Assembly: GCA_046563655.1 (NCBI GenBank)
Contig: CM102286.1
Coordinates: forward strand, 9,052,001-9,116,000
Direction: 5' to 3'
Length of the DNA: 64,000 bases
From: Yuukianura sp. NJ FZ-2021
Lineage: Eukaryota
In this document: in pieces, positions 13,101 to 27,100 of the stretch
Numbering within the stretch: the first letter of the stretch is position 1
Layout of the letters: every line of letters begins with the position of its first letter
Position numbers and translations under genes: made by a program
Notes under the pieces: generated by a model
The model's input: only the letters and a program-made list of their open reading frames with translations
Databases searched by the model: none
What the model was told of the DNA's origin: nothing

Positions 13101-16100
13101 GCTTCCCGGCCATAACAAATTAGTCAAAGATATCAAGTTCTTCCTTTGCAATCCTATTGCTATAGAACGTAGTTGACGCCACATTTCAGCGCGTCGAGAT
13201 GTTGGCGATAATACGTTGAGCATGGTATGTTAGTGCTTATTTCTTAGCAGTATGAATTTCCACAAACTAATGAAGAGGATACAGACCATTGGCTTCTCAG
13301 CCAGGAGAATACATACCCTTTGGCTTCCCGGCCATAACAAATTAGTCAAAGATATCAAGTTCTTCCTTTGCAATCCTATTGCTAAAAAACGTAATTGATG
13401 CCACATTTCGGCGCGTCGAAATGTTGGCGATAATTTGTTGAGCATGGTATGTTAGTGCTTATTTCCTGGCAGTATGAATTTCAACAAACTATTGAAGAGG
13501 ATACAGACCATTGGCTTCTCAGCCAGGAGAATACATACCCTTTGGCTTCCCGGCCATAACAAATTAGTCAAAGATATCAAGTTCTTCCTTTGCAATCCTA
13601 TTGCTAAAAAACGTAATTGATGCCACATTGCGGCGCGTCGAGATGTTGGGGATAATTTGTTGAGCATGGTATGTTAGTGCTTATTTCTTAGCAGTATGAA
13701 TCTCCACAAGCTAATGAAGAAGATACAGACCATTGGCTTCTCAGCCAGCAGGATACATACCCCTTGGCTCCCCGGCCATAACAAATTAGTCAAAGATATC
13801 AAGTTCTTCCTTTGCAATCCTATTGCTATAGAACGTAGTTGACGCCACATTTCAGCGCGTCGAGATGTTGGCGATAATACGTTGAGCATGGTATGTTAGT
13901 GCTTATTTCTTAGCAGTATGAATTTCCACAAACTAATTGAAGAGGATACAGACCATTGGCTTCTCAGCCAGCAGGATACATACCCCTTGGCTCCCCGGCC
14001 ATAACAAATTAGTCAAAGATATCAAGTTCTTCCTTTGCAATCCTATTGCTATAGAACGTAGTTGACGCCACATTTCAGCGCGTCGAGATGTTGGCGGTAA
14101 TACGTTGAGCATGGTATGTTAGTGCTCATTTCTTAGCAGTATGAATTTCAACAAACTAATGAAGAGGATACAGACCATTGGCTTCTCAGCCAGCAGGATA
14201 CATACCCATTGGCTTCCCGGCCATAACAAATTAGTGAAAGATATCAAGTTGTTCCTTTGCACTCCCATTGCTATAAAACGTAATTGGCGCCACATTTCAG
14301 CGCGCCGAGATGTTGGCGATAATTTGTTGAGCATGGTATGTTAGTGCTCATTTCTTATCAGTATGAATTTCCACAAACTAATAAAGAGGACACAGACCAT
14401 TGGCTTCTCAGCCAGGAGGATACATACCCATTGGCTTCCCGGCCATAACAAATTAGTCAAAGATATCAAGTTCTTCCTTTGCAATCCTATTGCTAAAAAA
14501 CGTAATTGATGCCACATTTCGGCGCGTCGAGATGTTGGCGATAATTTGTTGAGCATGGTATGTTAGTGCTTATTTCTTAGCAGTATGAATTTCAACAAAC
14601 TATTGAAGAGGATACAGACCATTGGCTTCTCAGCCAGGAGAATACATACCCTTTGGCTTCCCGGCCATAACAAATTAGTCAAAGATATCAAGTTCTTCCT
14701 TTGCAATCCTATTGCTATAGAACGTAGTTGACGCCACATTTCAGCGCGTCGAGATGTTGGCGATAATACGTTGAGCATGGTATGTTAGTGCTCATTTCTT
14801 AGCAGTATGATTTTCCACAAACTAATGAAGAGGATACAGACCATTGGCTTCTCAGCCAGCAGGATACATACCCCTTGGCTTCCCGGCCATAACAAATTAG
14901 TCAAAGATATCAAGTTCTTCCTTTGCAATCCTATTGCTATAGAACGTAGTTGACGCCACATTTCAGCGCGTCGGGATGTTGGCGGTAATACGTTGAGCAT
15001 GGTATGTTAGTGCTCATCTCTTAGCAGTATGAATTTCAACAAACTAATGAAGAGGATACAGACCATTGGCTTCTCAGCCAGCAGGATACATACCCCTTGG
15101 CTTCCCGGCCATAACAAATTAGTCAAAGATATCAAGTTCTTCCTTTGCAATCCTATTGCTATAGAACGTAGTTGATGCCACATTTCAGCGCGTCGAGATG
15201 TTGGTGGTAATACGTTGAGCATGGTATGTTAGTGCTTATTTCTTAGCAGTATGAATTTCCACAAACTAATAAAGAGGATACAGACCATTGGCTTCACAGC
15301 CAGGAGGACACATACCCCTTGGCTTCCCGGCCATAACAAATTTGTCAAAGATATGAAGTTCTTCCTTTGAAATCTCATTGCTATAAAACGTAATTGATGC
15401 CATATTTCAGCGAGTCGAGATGTTGGGGATAATTTGTTGAGCATGGTATGTTAGTGCTTATTTCTTAGCAGTATGAATCTCCACAAGCCAATAAAGAGGA
15501 TACAGACCATTGGCTTCTCAGCCAAGAGGATACATACCCTTTGGCTTCCCGGCCATAACAAATTAGTCAAAGATATCAAGTTCTTCCTTTGCAATCCTAT
15601 TGCTAAAAAACGTAATTGATGCCACATTTCAGCGCGTCGCGATGTTGGCGATAATACGTTGAGCATGGTATGTTAGTGCTTATTTCTTAGCAGTATGAAT
15701 TTCCACAAACTAATGAAGAGGATACAGACCATTGGCTTCTCAGCCAGGAGAATACATACCCCTTGGCTCCCCGGCCATAACAAATTAGTCAAAGATATCA
15801 AGTTTTTCCTTTGCAATCCTATTGCTATAAAACGTAGTTGATGCCACATTTCAGCGCGTCGAGATGTTGGCGATAATACGTTGAGCATGGTATGTTAGTG
15901 CTTATTTCTTAGCAGTATGAATTTCAACAAACTAATTGAAGAGGATACAGACCATTGGCTTCTCAGCCAGCAGGATACATACCCCTTGGCTTCCCGGCCA
16001 TAACAAATTAGTAAAAGATATCAAGTTATTCCTTTGCAATCCTATTGCTATAGAACGTAGTTGACGCCACATTTCAGGCGCGTCGAGATGTTGGCGATAA

Positions 16101-19100
16101 TACGTTGAGCATGGTATGTTAGTGCTTATTTCTTAGGCAGTATGAATTTCCACAAACTAATAAAGAGGATACAGACCATTGGCTTCACAGCCAGGAGGAC
16201 ACATACCCCTTGGCTTCCCGGCCATAACAAATTAGTCAAAGATATCAAGTTCTTCCTTTGCAATCCTATTGCTAAAAAACGTAATTGAAGCCACATTTCG
16301 GCGCGTTGAAATGTTGGCGATAATTTGTTGAGCATGGTATGTTAGTGCTTATTTCTTGGCAGTATGAATTTCAACAAACTATTGAAGAGGATACAGACCA
16401 TTGGCTTCTCAGCCAGCAGGATACATACCCCTTGGCTCCCCGGCCATAACAAATTAGTCAAAGATATCAAGTTCTTCCTTTGCAATCCTATTGCTATAAA
16501 ACGTAGTTGATGCCACATTTCAGCGCGTCGAGATGTTGGCGATAATACGTTGAGCATGGTATGTTAGTGCTCATTTCTTAGCAGTATGAATTTCAACAAA
16601 CTAATGAAGAGGATACAGACCATTGGCTTCTCAGCCAGCAGGATACATACCCCTTGGCTTCCCGGCCATAACAAATTAGTCAAAGATATCAAGTTCTTCC
16701 TTTGCAATCCTATTGCTATAGAACGTAGTTGACGCCACATTTCAGCGCGTCGAGATGTTGGCGGTAATACGTTGAGCATGGTATGTTAGTGCTCATTTCC
16801 TAGCAGTATGAATTTCCACAAACTAATTAAGAGGATACAGACCATTGGCTTCTCAGCCAGGAGAATACATACCCTTTGGCTTCCCGGCCATAACAAATTA
16901 GTCAAAGATATCAAGTTCTTCCTTTGCAATCCTATTGCTATAGAAACGTAATTGATGCCACATTTCAGCGCGTCGAGACCTCCCTCGATGTTAGGACATG
17001 TCCGAGAAATTAATGAATCTATGTTGATGCATGGTATGTTAGTGACTTATTTCTTAGCAGTATGAATTTCAACAAACTATTGAAGAGGATACAGACCATT
17101 GGCTTCTCAGCCAGGAGCATACATACCCTTTGGCTTCCCGGCCATAACAAATTAGTCAAAGATATCAAGTTCTTCCTTTGCAATCCTATTGCTATAGAGA
17201 AAACGTAATTGATGCCACATTTCAGCGCGTCGACGATGTTGGCGATAATACGTTGAGCATGGATATGATTAGTGCTTATTTCAGACTTAGCAGTCATGAA
17301 TTTCACAGCAATTACTATTGAATTTGAGGATACAGACCATTGGCTTCTCAGCCAGGAGGAATACATACCCTTTGGCTTCCCGGCCATAACAAATTAGTCA
17401 AAGATATCAAGTTCTTCCTTTGCAATCCTATTGCTATAAAACGTAATTGATGCCACATTTCAGGCGCGTCGAGATGTTGGCGATAATTTGTTGAGCATGG
17501 TATGTAAAAACTAGTGCTTATTTCGTTAGCAGTATGAATTTCAACAAAGCTAATGAAGAGGATACAGACCATTGGCTTCTCAGCCAGGAGGATACATGAC
17601 AGCCTTTGGCTTCCCGGCCATAACAAATTAGTCAAAGATATCAAGTTCTTCCTTTGCAATCCTATTGCTAAAAAACGTAATTGATGCCACATTTCAGCGT
17701 CGAGATGTTGGCGATAATTTTGTTGAGCATGGTATGTTAGTGCTTATTTCTTTGCAGTATGAATTTCAACAAACTAATGAAGAGGATACAGACCATTGGC
17801 TTCTCAGCCAGCAGGATACATACCCCTTGGCTTCCCGGCCATAACAAATTAGTCAAAGATATCAAGTTCTTCCTTTGCAATCCTATTGCTAAAAAGAACG
17901 TAGTTGACGCCACATTTCAGCGCGTCGAGATGTTGGCGGTAATACGTTGAGCATGGTATGTTAGTGCTTATTTCTTAGCAGTATGAATTTCCACAAACTA
18001 ATGAAGAGGATACAGACCATTGGCTTCTCAGCCAGGAGGAATACATACCCTTTGGCTTCCCGGCCATAACAAATTAGTCAAAGATATCAAGTTCTTCCTT
18101 ATGCAATCCTATTTTTCGCTAAAAGAACGTAATTTGATGCCACATTTCAGGCGCGTCGAAATGTTGGCGATAATTTGTTGAGCATGGTATGTTAGTGCTT
18201 ATTTCTTAGCAGTATGAATTTCAACAAACTAATTGAAGAGGATACAGACCATTGGCTTCTCAGCCAGGAGAATACATACCCTTTGGCTTCCCGGCCATAA
18301 CAAATTGGATTAGTCAAAGATATCAAGTTCTTCCTTTGCAATCCTATTGCTATAGAAACGTAATTGATGCCACATTTCGGCGCGTCGAGAATGTTGGCGA
18401 TAATTTGTTGAGCATGGTATGTTAGTGCTTATTTCTTAGCAGTATGAATTTCCAACAAACTAATTGAAGAGGATACAGACCATTGGCTTCTCAGCCAGGA
18501 GGATACATACCCCTTTGGCTTCCCGGCCATAACAAATTAGTCAAAGATATCAAGTTCTTCCTTTACTGCAATCCTATTGCTAAAAAACGTAATTGATGCC
18601 ACATTTCAGCGCGTCGAGATGTTGGCGATAATTTGTTGAGCATGGTATGTTAGTGCTTATTTCTTAGCAGTATGAATTTCAACAAATAAACTATTGAAGA
18701 GGATACAGACCATTGGCTTCTCAGCCAGCAGGATACATACCCCTTGGCTCCCCGGCCGCATAACAAATTAGTCAAAGATATCAAGTTCTTCCTTTGCAAT
18801 CCTATTGCTATAGAACGTAGTTGACGCCACATTTCAGCGCGTCGAGATGTTGGCGATAATACGTTGAGCATGGTATGTTAGTGCTCATTTCTTAGCAGTA
18901 TGAATTTCAACAAACTAATGAAGAGGATACAGACCATTGGCTTCTCAGCCAGCAGGATACATACCCCTTGGCTTCCCCGGCCATAACAAATTAGTCAAAG
19001 ATATCAAGTTCTTCCTTTGCAATCCTATTGCTATAGAAACGTAATTGATGCCACATTTCAGCGCGTCGGAGATGTTGGCGATAATACGTTGAGCATGGTA

Positions 19101-21123
19101 TGTTAGTGCTTCATTTCCTTAGCAGTATGAATTTCAACAAACTATTGAAGAGGATACAGACCATTGGCTTCTCAGCCAGCAGGATACATACCCCTTGGCT
19201 CCCCGGCCATAACAAATTAGTCAAAGATATCAAGTTCTTCCTTTGCAATCCTATTGCTATAAAACGTAGTTGATGCCACATTTCAGCGCGTCGAGATGTT
19301 GGCGATAATACGTTGAGCATGGTATGTTAGTGCTTATTTCTTAGCAGTATGAATTTCCAACAAACTAATGAAGAGGATACAGACCATTGGCCTTCTCAGC
19401 CAGCAGGATACATACCCCTTGGCTTCCCGGCCATAACAAATTAGTCAAAGATATCAAGTTCTTCCTTTGCAATCCTATTGCTATAAAACGCGTAGTTGAT
19501 GCCACATTTCAGCGCGTCGAGATGTTGGCGATAATACGTTGAGCATGGTATGTTAGTGCTCATTTCTTAGCAGTATGAATTTCAACAAACTAATTGAAGA
19601 GGATACAGACCATTGGCTTCTCAGCCAGCAGGATACATACCCCTTGGCTCCCCCGGCCATAACAAATTAGTCAAAGATATCAAGTTCTTCCTTTGCAATC
19701 CTATTGCTATAAAACGTAGTTGATGCCACATTTCAGCGCGTCGAGATGTTGGCGATAATACGTTGAGCATGGTATGTTAGTGCTCATTTCTTAGCAGTAT
19801 GAATTTCAACAAACTAATGAAGAGGATACAGACCATTGGCTTCTCAGCCAGCAGGATACATACCCCTTGGCTCCCCGGCCATAACAAATTAGTCAAAGAT
19901 ATCAAGTTCTTCCTTTGCAATCCTATTGCTAAAAAACGTAATTGATGCCACATTTCAGGCGCGTCGAGATGTTGGGGATAATTTGTTGAGCATGGTATGT
20001 TAGTGCTTATTTCTTAGCAGTATGATTTTCCACAAACTAATGAAGAGGATACAGACCATTGGCTTCTCAGCCAGCAGGATACATACCCCTTGGCTCCCCG
20101 GCCATAACAAATTAGTCAAAGATATCAAGTTCTTCCTTTGCAATCCTATTGCTAAAAAACGTAGTTGATGCCACATTTCAGCGCGTCGAGATGTTGGCGA
20201 TAATACGTTGAGCATGGTATGTTAGTGCTTATTTCTTGGCAGTATGAATTTCAACAAACTAATTGAAGAGGATACAGACCATTGGCTTCTCAGCCAGCAG
20301 GATACATACCCCTTGGCTCCCCTGGCCATAACAAATTAGTCAAAGATATCAAGTTTTTCCTTTGCAATCCCTATTGCTATAAAACGTAGTTGATGCCACA
20401 TTTCAGCGCGTCGAGATGTTGGCGATAATACGTTGAGCATGGTATGTTAGTTAACTGCTCATTTCTTAGCAGTATGAATTTCAACAAAACTAATGAAGAG
20501 GATACAGACCATTGGCTTCTCAGCCAGCAGGATACATACCCCTATCGAAATAAAGCTTCCCGGCCATAACAAGAGAGTTTGTTAGTCAAAAGATATCAAG
20601 TTCTTCCTTGCTTGCAATCCTATTGCTATAGAACGCAGTTGACGCGCTACATTTCAATGCGCGTCGAGATGTTGGCGGTAGATATTCGTTGAGCATGGTA
20701 ATCGTTAGTGCTCATTTCCTAAAAGCAGTATGAATCTTCCACAAACTAATTAAGAGGATACAGACCATTGGCTTCTCAGCCAGGAGAATACATACCGTCA
20801 GAATTCTTTGGCTTCCCGGCCATAACAAATTAGTCAATTAAGATATGAAGTTCTTGCTTAACTTGAGCAATCCTATTTTAAGCTAAAATTTAACGTAAGA
20901 AAAAATTGATGCCACATTGCGGCGCGTCGATTTGAACTGTTGGGGATAATTTGTTGAGCATGGTATGTTAGTGCTTATTTCTTAGCAGTATGAATCTCCA
21001 CAAGCTAATGAAGAACTTTGATACAGACCATTGGCTTCTCAGCCAGGAGGATGCATACCCCTTTGACTTCCCGGCCATAACAAATTAGTCAAAGATATCA
21101 AGGTTAGGCTTCCTTTGCAATCC
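4192..21123. repeat. 222-bp tandem satellite array, ~76 copies
   Basis: Exact 222-bp periodicity (e.g. ORF starts 5003, 5225, 5447, 5669). The monomer has an internal ~30-bp duplication (GAGGATACA.ACC..TGGCTTC.C.GCCA) and a GCCACATTTCG..CGAAATGTTGGC hairpin. Confidence 0.98.
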
Positions 21124-24100
21124 ACTGCTATTCATAACAAGTTATAATTGACATGAAAGGCCAGATGTTGCCACCGTCAGAAGGATTCTTTGTAGGGAGT
21201 CGCAATTAAGAATGTTAATTAACTGCCTTTTTATTCATCTTAACTGACAGTATGCATTTTAAGCACAAAATTTAAGTAAGAAAAAATTACGAAGCCCAAC
21301 TTACAGCCGTAGATTTGAACTGGCTATCGAAATAAAGTGGTAAACAAGAGAAGTGTTGCTTAGCAATCCTATTGCTAAAATATTACATATTCCACATTGC
21401 TGCGTGCCAAATGTTGGCGTGGAGAACTTTGATGATGTTAGTGCCGTCTCATGCACGTGGAGAAATATTTTTTCTTCAACGTAATCAGTAAGCTGCGATA
21501 AATCGTTACACAAAAGCTGTATCAGGTCCACTGCTATTCATAACAAGGTACAAGTGACATGAAAGGAGATGTTGCCACCGTCAGAATTTTTTGTAGGGAG
21601 TCGCAATTAAGAATGTTAATTAACTGCCTTTTTTTTCATCTTAACTGACATGCATTTTAAGCACAAAATTTAAGTAAGAAAAAATTACGAAGCCCAACTT
21701 TACGCCGTAGATTTGAACTGCTATCGAAATAAAGCGGAAACAAGAGAGTGTTGTTAGCAAGTAAAATATTACATATTCCTCTTGCTGCTGCCAAACGTCG
21801 TGTGGAGAACTTTGATGATATTCCGTCTCATACATGTGGAGAAATATTTTTTTGAACGTAATCGTAAGCTGCGATAAATCGTTACACCAAAGCTGTATCA
21901 GGTCCACTGCTATTCATAACAAGGTACAAGTGACATGAAAGGAGATGTTGCCACCGTCAGAATTCTTTGTAGGGAGTCGCAATTAAGAATGTTAATTAAC
22001 TGCCTTTTTATTCATCTTAACTGACATGCATTTTAAGCACAAAATTTAAGTAAGAAAAAATTACGAAGCCCAACTTACGCCGTAGATTTGAACTGCCTAT
22101 CGAAATAAAGCGGAAACAAGAGAGTGTTGTTAGCAAGTAAAATATTACATATTCCTTGCTGCTGCCAAACGTCGTGTGGAGAACTTTGATGATATGCCGT
22201 CTCATACACGTGGAGAAATATGTTTTTCAACGTAATCGTAAGCTGCGATAAATCGTTACACAAAAGCTGTATCAGGTCCACTGCTATTCATAACAAGGTA
22301 CAAGTGACATGAAAGGAGATGTTGCCACCGTCAGAATTCTTTGTAGGGAGTCGCAATTAAGAATGTTAATTAACTGCCTTTTTATTCATCTTAACTGACA
22401 TGCATTTTAAGCACAAAATTTAAGTAAGAAAAAATTACGAAGCCCAACTTACGCCGTAGATTTGAACTGCTATCGAAATAAAGTGGAAACAAGAGAGTGT
22501 TGTTAGCAAGTAAAATATTACATATTCCTTGCTGCTGCCAAACGTCGTGTGGAGAACTTTGATGATATGCCATCTCATACACGTGGAGAAATATTTTTTT
22601 TCAACGTAATCGTAAGCTGCGATAAATCGTTACACAAAAGCTGTATCAGGTCCACTGCTATTCATAACAAGGTACAAGTGACATGAAAGGAGATGTTGCC
22701 ACCGTCGTCAGAATTCTTTTGTAGGGAGTCGCAATTAAGAATGTTAATTAACTGCCTTTTTATTCATCTTAACTGACATGCATTTTAAGCACAAAATTTA
22801 AGTAAGAAAAAATTACGAAGCCCAACTTTACGCCGTAGATTTGAACTGCTATCGAAATAAAGTGGAAACAAGAGAGTGTTGTTAGCAAGTAAAATATTAC
22901 ATATTCCTTGCTGCTGCCAAACGTCGTGTGGAGAACTTTGATGATATGCCGTCTCATACATGTGGAGAAATATTTTTTTCAACGTAATCGTAAGCTGCGA
23001 TAAATCGTTACACCAAAGCTGTATCAGGTCCACTGCTATTCATAACAAGGTACAAGTGACATGAAAGGAGATGTTGCCACCGTCAGAATTCTTTGTAGGG
23101 AGTCGCAATTAAGAATATTAATTAACTGCCTTTTTATTCATCTTAACTGACATGCATTTTAAGCACAAAATTTAAGTAAGAAAAAATTACGAAGCCCAAC
23201 TTACGCCGTAGATTTGAACTGCTATCGAAATAAAGTGGAAACAAGAGAGTGTTGTTAGCAAGTAAAATATTACATATTCCTTGCTGCTGCCAAACGTCGT
23301 GTGGAGAACTTTGATGATATGCCGTCTCATACATGTGGAGAAATATTTTTTCAACGTAATCGTAAGCTGCGATAAATCGTTACACCAAAGCTGTATCAGG
23401 TCCACTGCTATTCATAACAAGGTACAAGTGACATGAAAGGAGATGTTGCCACCGTCAGAATTCTTTGTAGGGAGTCGCAATTAAGAATATTAATTAACTG
23501 CCTTTTTATTCATCTTAACTGACATGCATTTTAAGCACAAAATTTAAGTAAGAAAAAATTACGAAGCCCAACTTACGCCGTAGATTTGAACTGCTATCGA
23601 AATAAAGTGGAAACAAGAGAGTGTTGTTAGCAAGTAAAATATTACATATTCCTTGCTGCTGCCAAACGTCGTGTGGAGAACTTTGATGATATGCCGTCTC
23701 ATACATGTGGAGAAATATTTTTTTCAACGTAATCGTAAGCTGCGATAAATCGTTACACCAAAGCTGTATCAGGTCCACTGCTATTCATAACAAGGTACAA
23801 GTGACATGAAAGGAGATGTTGCCACCGTCAGAATTCTTTGTAGGGAGTCGCAATTAAGAATATTAATTAACTGCCTTTTTATTCATCTTAACTGACATGC
23901 ATTTTAAGCACAAAATTTAAGTAAGAAAAAATTACGAAGCCCAACTTACGCCGTAGATTTGAACTGCTATCGAAATAAAGTGGAAACAAGAGAGTGTTGT
24001 TAGCAAGTAAAATATTACATATTCCTTGCTGCTGCCAAACGTCGTGTGGAGAACTTTGATGATATGCCGTCTCATACATGTGGAGAAATATTTTTTTCAA

Positions 24101-27100
24101 CGTAATCGTAAGCTGCGATAAATCGTTACACCAAAGCTGTATCAGGTCCACTGCTATTCATAACAAGGTACAAGTGACATGAAAGGAGATGTTGCCACCG
24201 TCAGAATTCTTTGTAGGGAGTCGCAATTAAGAATATTAATTAACTGCCTTTTTATTCATCTTAACTGACATGCATTTTAAGCACAAAATTTAAGTAAGAA
24301 AAAATTACGAAGCCCAACTTACGCCGTAGATTTGAACTGCTATCGAAATAAAGTGGAAACAAGAGAGTGTTGTTAGCAAGTAAAATATTACATATTCCTT
24401 GCTGCTGCCAAACGTCGTGTGGAGAACTTTGATGATATGCCGTCTCATACATGTGGAGAAATATTTTTTTCAACGTAATCGTAAGCTGCGATAAATCGTT
24501 ACACCAAAGCTGTATCAGGTCCACTGCTATTCATAACAAGGTACAAGTGACATGAAAGGAGATGTTGCCACCGTCAGAATTCTTTGTAGGGAGTCGCAAT
24601 TAAGAATATTAATTAACTGCCTTTTTATTCATCTTAACTGACATGCATTTTAAGCACAAAATTTAAGTAAGAAAAAATTACGAAGCCCAACTTACGCCGT
24701 AGATTTGAACTGCTATCGAAATAAAGTGGAAACAAGAGAGTGTTGTTAGCAAGTAAAATATTACATATTCCTTGCTGCTGCCAAACGTCGTGTGGAGAAC
24801 TTTGATGATATGCCGTCTCATACATGTGGAGAAATATTTTTTTCAACGTAATCGTAAGCTGCGATAAATCGTTACACCAAAGCTGTATCAGGTCCACTGC
24901 TATTCATAACAAGGTACAAGTGACATGAAAGGAGATGTTGCCACCGTCAGAATTCTTTGTAGGGAGTCGCAATTAAGAATATTAATTAACTGCCTTTTTA
25001 TTCATCTTAACTGACATGCATTTTAAGCACAAAATTTAAGTAAGAAAAAATTACGAAGCCCAACTTACGCCGTAGATTTGAACTGCTATCGAAATAAAGT
25101 GGAAACAAGAGAGTGTTGTTAGCAAGTAAAATATTACATATTCCTTGCTGCTGCCAAACGTCGTGTGGAGAACTTTGATGATATGCCGTCTCATACATGT
25201 GGAGAAATATTTTTTTCAACGTAATCGTAAGCTGCGATAAATCGTTACACCAAAGCTGTATCAGGTCCACTGCTATTCATAACAAGGTACAAGTGACATG
25301 AAAGGAGATGTTGCCACCGTCAGAATTCTTTGTAGGGAGTCGCAATTAAGAATATTAATTAACTGCCTTTTTATTCATCTTAACTGACATGCATTTTAAG
25401 CACAAAATTTAAGTAAGAAAAAATTACGAAGCCCAACTTACGCCGTAGATTTGAACTGCTATCGAAATAAAGTGGAAACAAGAGAGTGTTGTTAGCAAGT
25501 AAAATATTACATATTCCTTGCTGCTGCCAAACGTCGTGTGGAGAACTTTGATGATATGCCGTCTCATACATGTGGAGAAATATTTTTTTCAACGTAATCG
25601 TAAGCTGCGATAAATCGTTACACCAAAGCTGTATCAGGTCCACTGCTATTCATAACAAGGTACAAGTGACATGAAAGGAGATGTTGCCACCGTCAGAATT
25701 CTTTGTAGGGAGTCGCAATTAAGAATATTAATTAACTGCCTTTTTATTCATCTTAACTGACATGCATTTTAAGCACAAAATTTAAGTAAGAAAAAATTAC
25801 GAAGCCCAACTTACGCCGTAGATTTGAACTGCTATCGAAATAAAGTGGAAACAAGAGAGTGTTGTTAGCAAGTAAAATATTACATATTCCTTGCTGCTGC
25901 CAAACGTCGTGTGGAGAACTTTGATGATATGCCGTCTCATACATGTGGAGAAATATTTTTTTCAACGTAATCGTAAGCTGCGATAAATCGTTACACCAAA
26001 GCTGTATCAGGTCCACTGCTATTCATAACAAGGTACAAGTGACATGAAAGGAGATGTTGCCACCGTCAGAATTCTTTGTAGGGAGTCGCAATTAAGAATA
26101 TTAATTAACTGCCTTTTTATTCATCTTAACTGACATGCATTTTAAGCACAAAATTTAAGTAAGAAAAAATTACGAAGCCCAACTTACGCCGTAGATTTGA
26201 ACTGCTATCGAAATAAAGTGGAAACAAGAGAGTGTTGTTAGCAAGTAAAATATTACATATTCCTTGCTGCTGCCAAACGTCGTGTGGAGAACTTTGATGA
26301 TATGCCGTCTCATACATGTGGAGAAATATTTTTTTCAACGTAATCGTAAGCTGCGATAAATCGTTACACCAAAGCTGTATCAGGTCCACTGCTATTCATA
26401 ACAAGGTACAAGTGACATGAAAGGAGATGTTGCCACCGTCAGAATTCTTTGTAGGGAGTCGCAATTAAGAATATTAATTAACTGCCTTTTTATTCATCTT
26501 AACTGACATGCATTTTAAGCACAAAATTTAAGTAAGAAAAAATTACGAAGCCCAACTTACGCCGTAGATTTGAACTGCTATCGAAATAAAGTGGAAACAA
26601 GAGAGTGTTGTTAGCAAGTAAAATATTACATATTCCTTGCTGCTGCCAAACGTCGTGTGGAGAACTTTGATGATATGCCGTCTCATACATGTGGAGAAAT
26701 ATTTTTTTGAACGTAATCGTAAGCTGCGATAAATCGTTACACCAAAGCTGTATCAGGTCCACTGCTATTCATAACAAGGTACAAGTGACATGAAAGGAGA
26801 TGTTGCCACCGTCAGAATTCTTTGTAGGGAGTCGCAATTAAGAATATTAATTAACTGCCTTTTTATTCATCTTAACTGACATGCATTTTAAGCACAAAAT
26901 TTAAGTAAGAAAAAATTACGAAGCCCAACTTACGCCGTAGATTTGAACTGCTATCGAAATAAAGTGGAAACAAGAGAGTGTTGTTAGCAAGTAAAATATT
27001 ACATATTCCTTGCTGCTGCCAAACGTCGTGTGGAGAACTTTGATGATATGCCGTCTCATACATGTGGAGAAATATTTTTTTGAACGTAATCGTAAGCTGC

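Noticed and set aside
16975..18800. Diverged 222-bp monomers as an older satellite subfamily
   Set aside because: The differences are scattered unique small insertions typical of low-coverage long-read error, not shared variants.
4136..20215. Dozens of 71-aa minus-strand ORFs (MLNKLSPT...) as a tandem gene family
   Set aside because: They are one frame of the 222-bp monomer, with only 6 nt between ORFs and no room for promoters or UTRs. No recognisable domain, and many variants change amino acids or break the frame.
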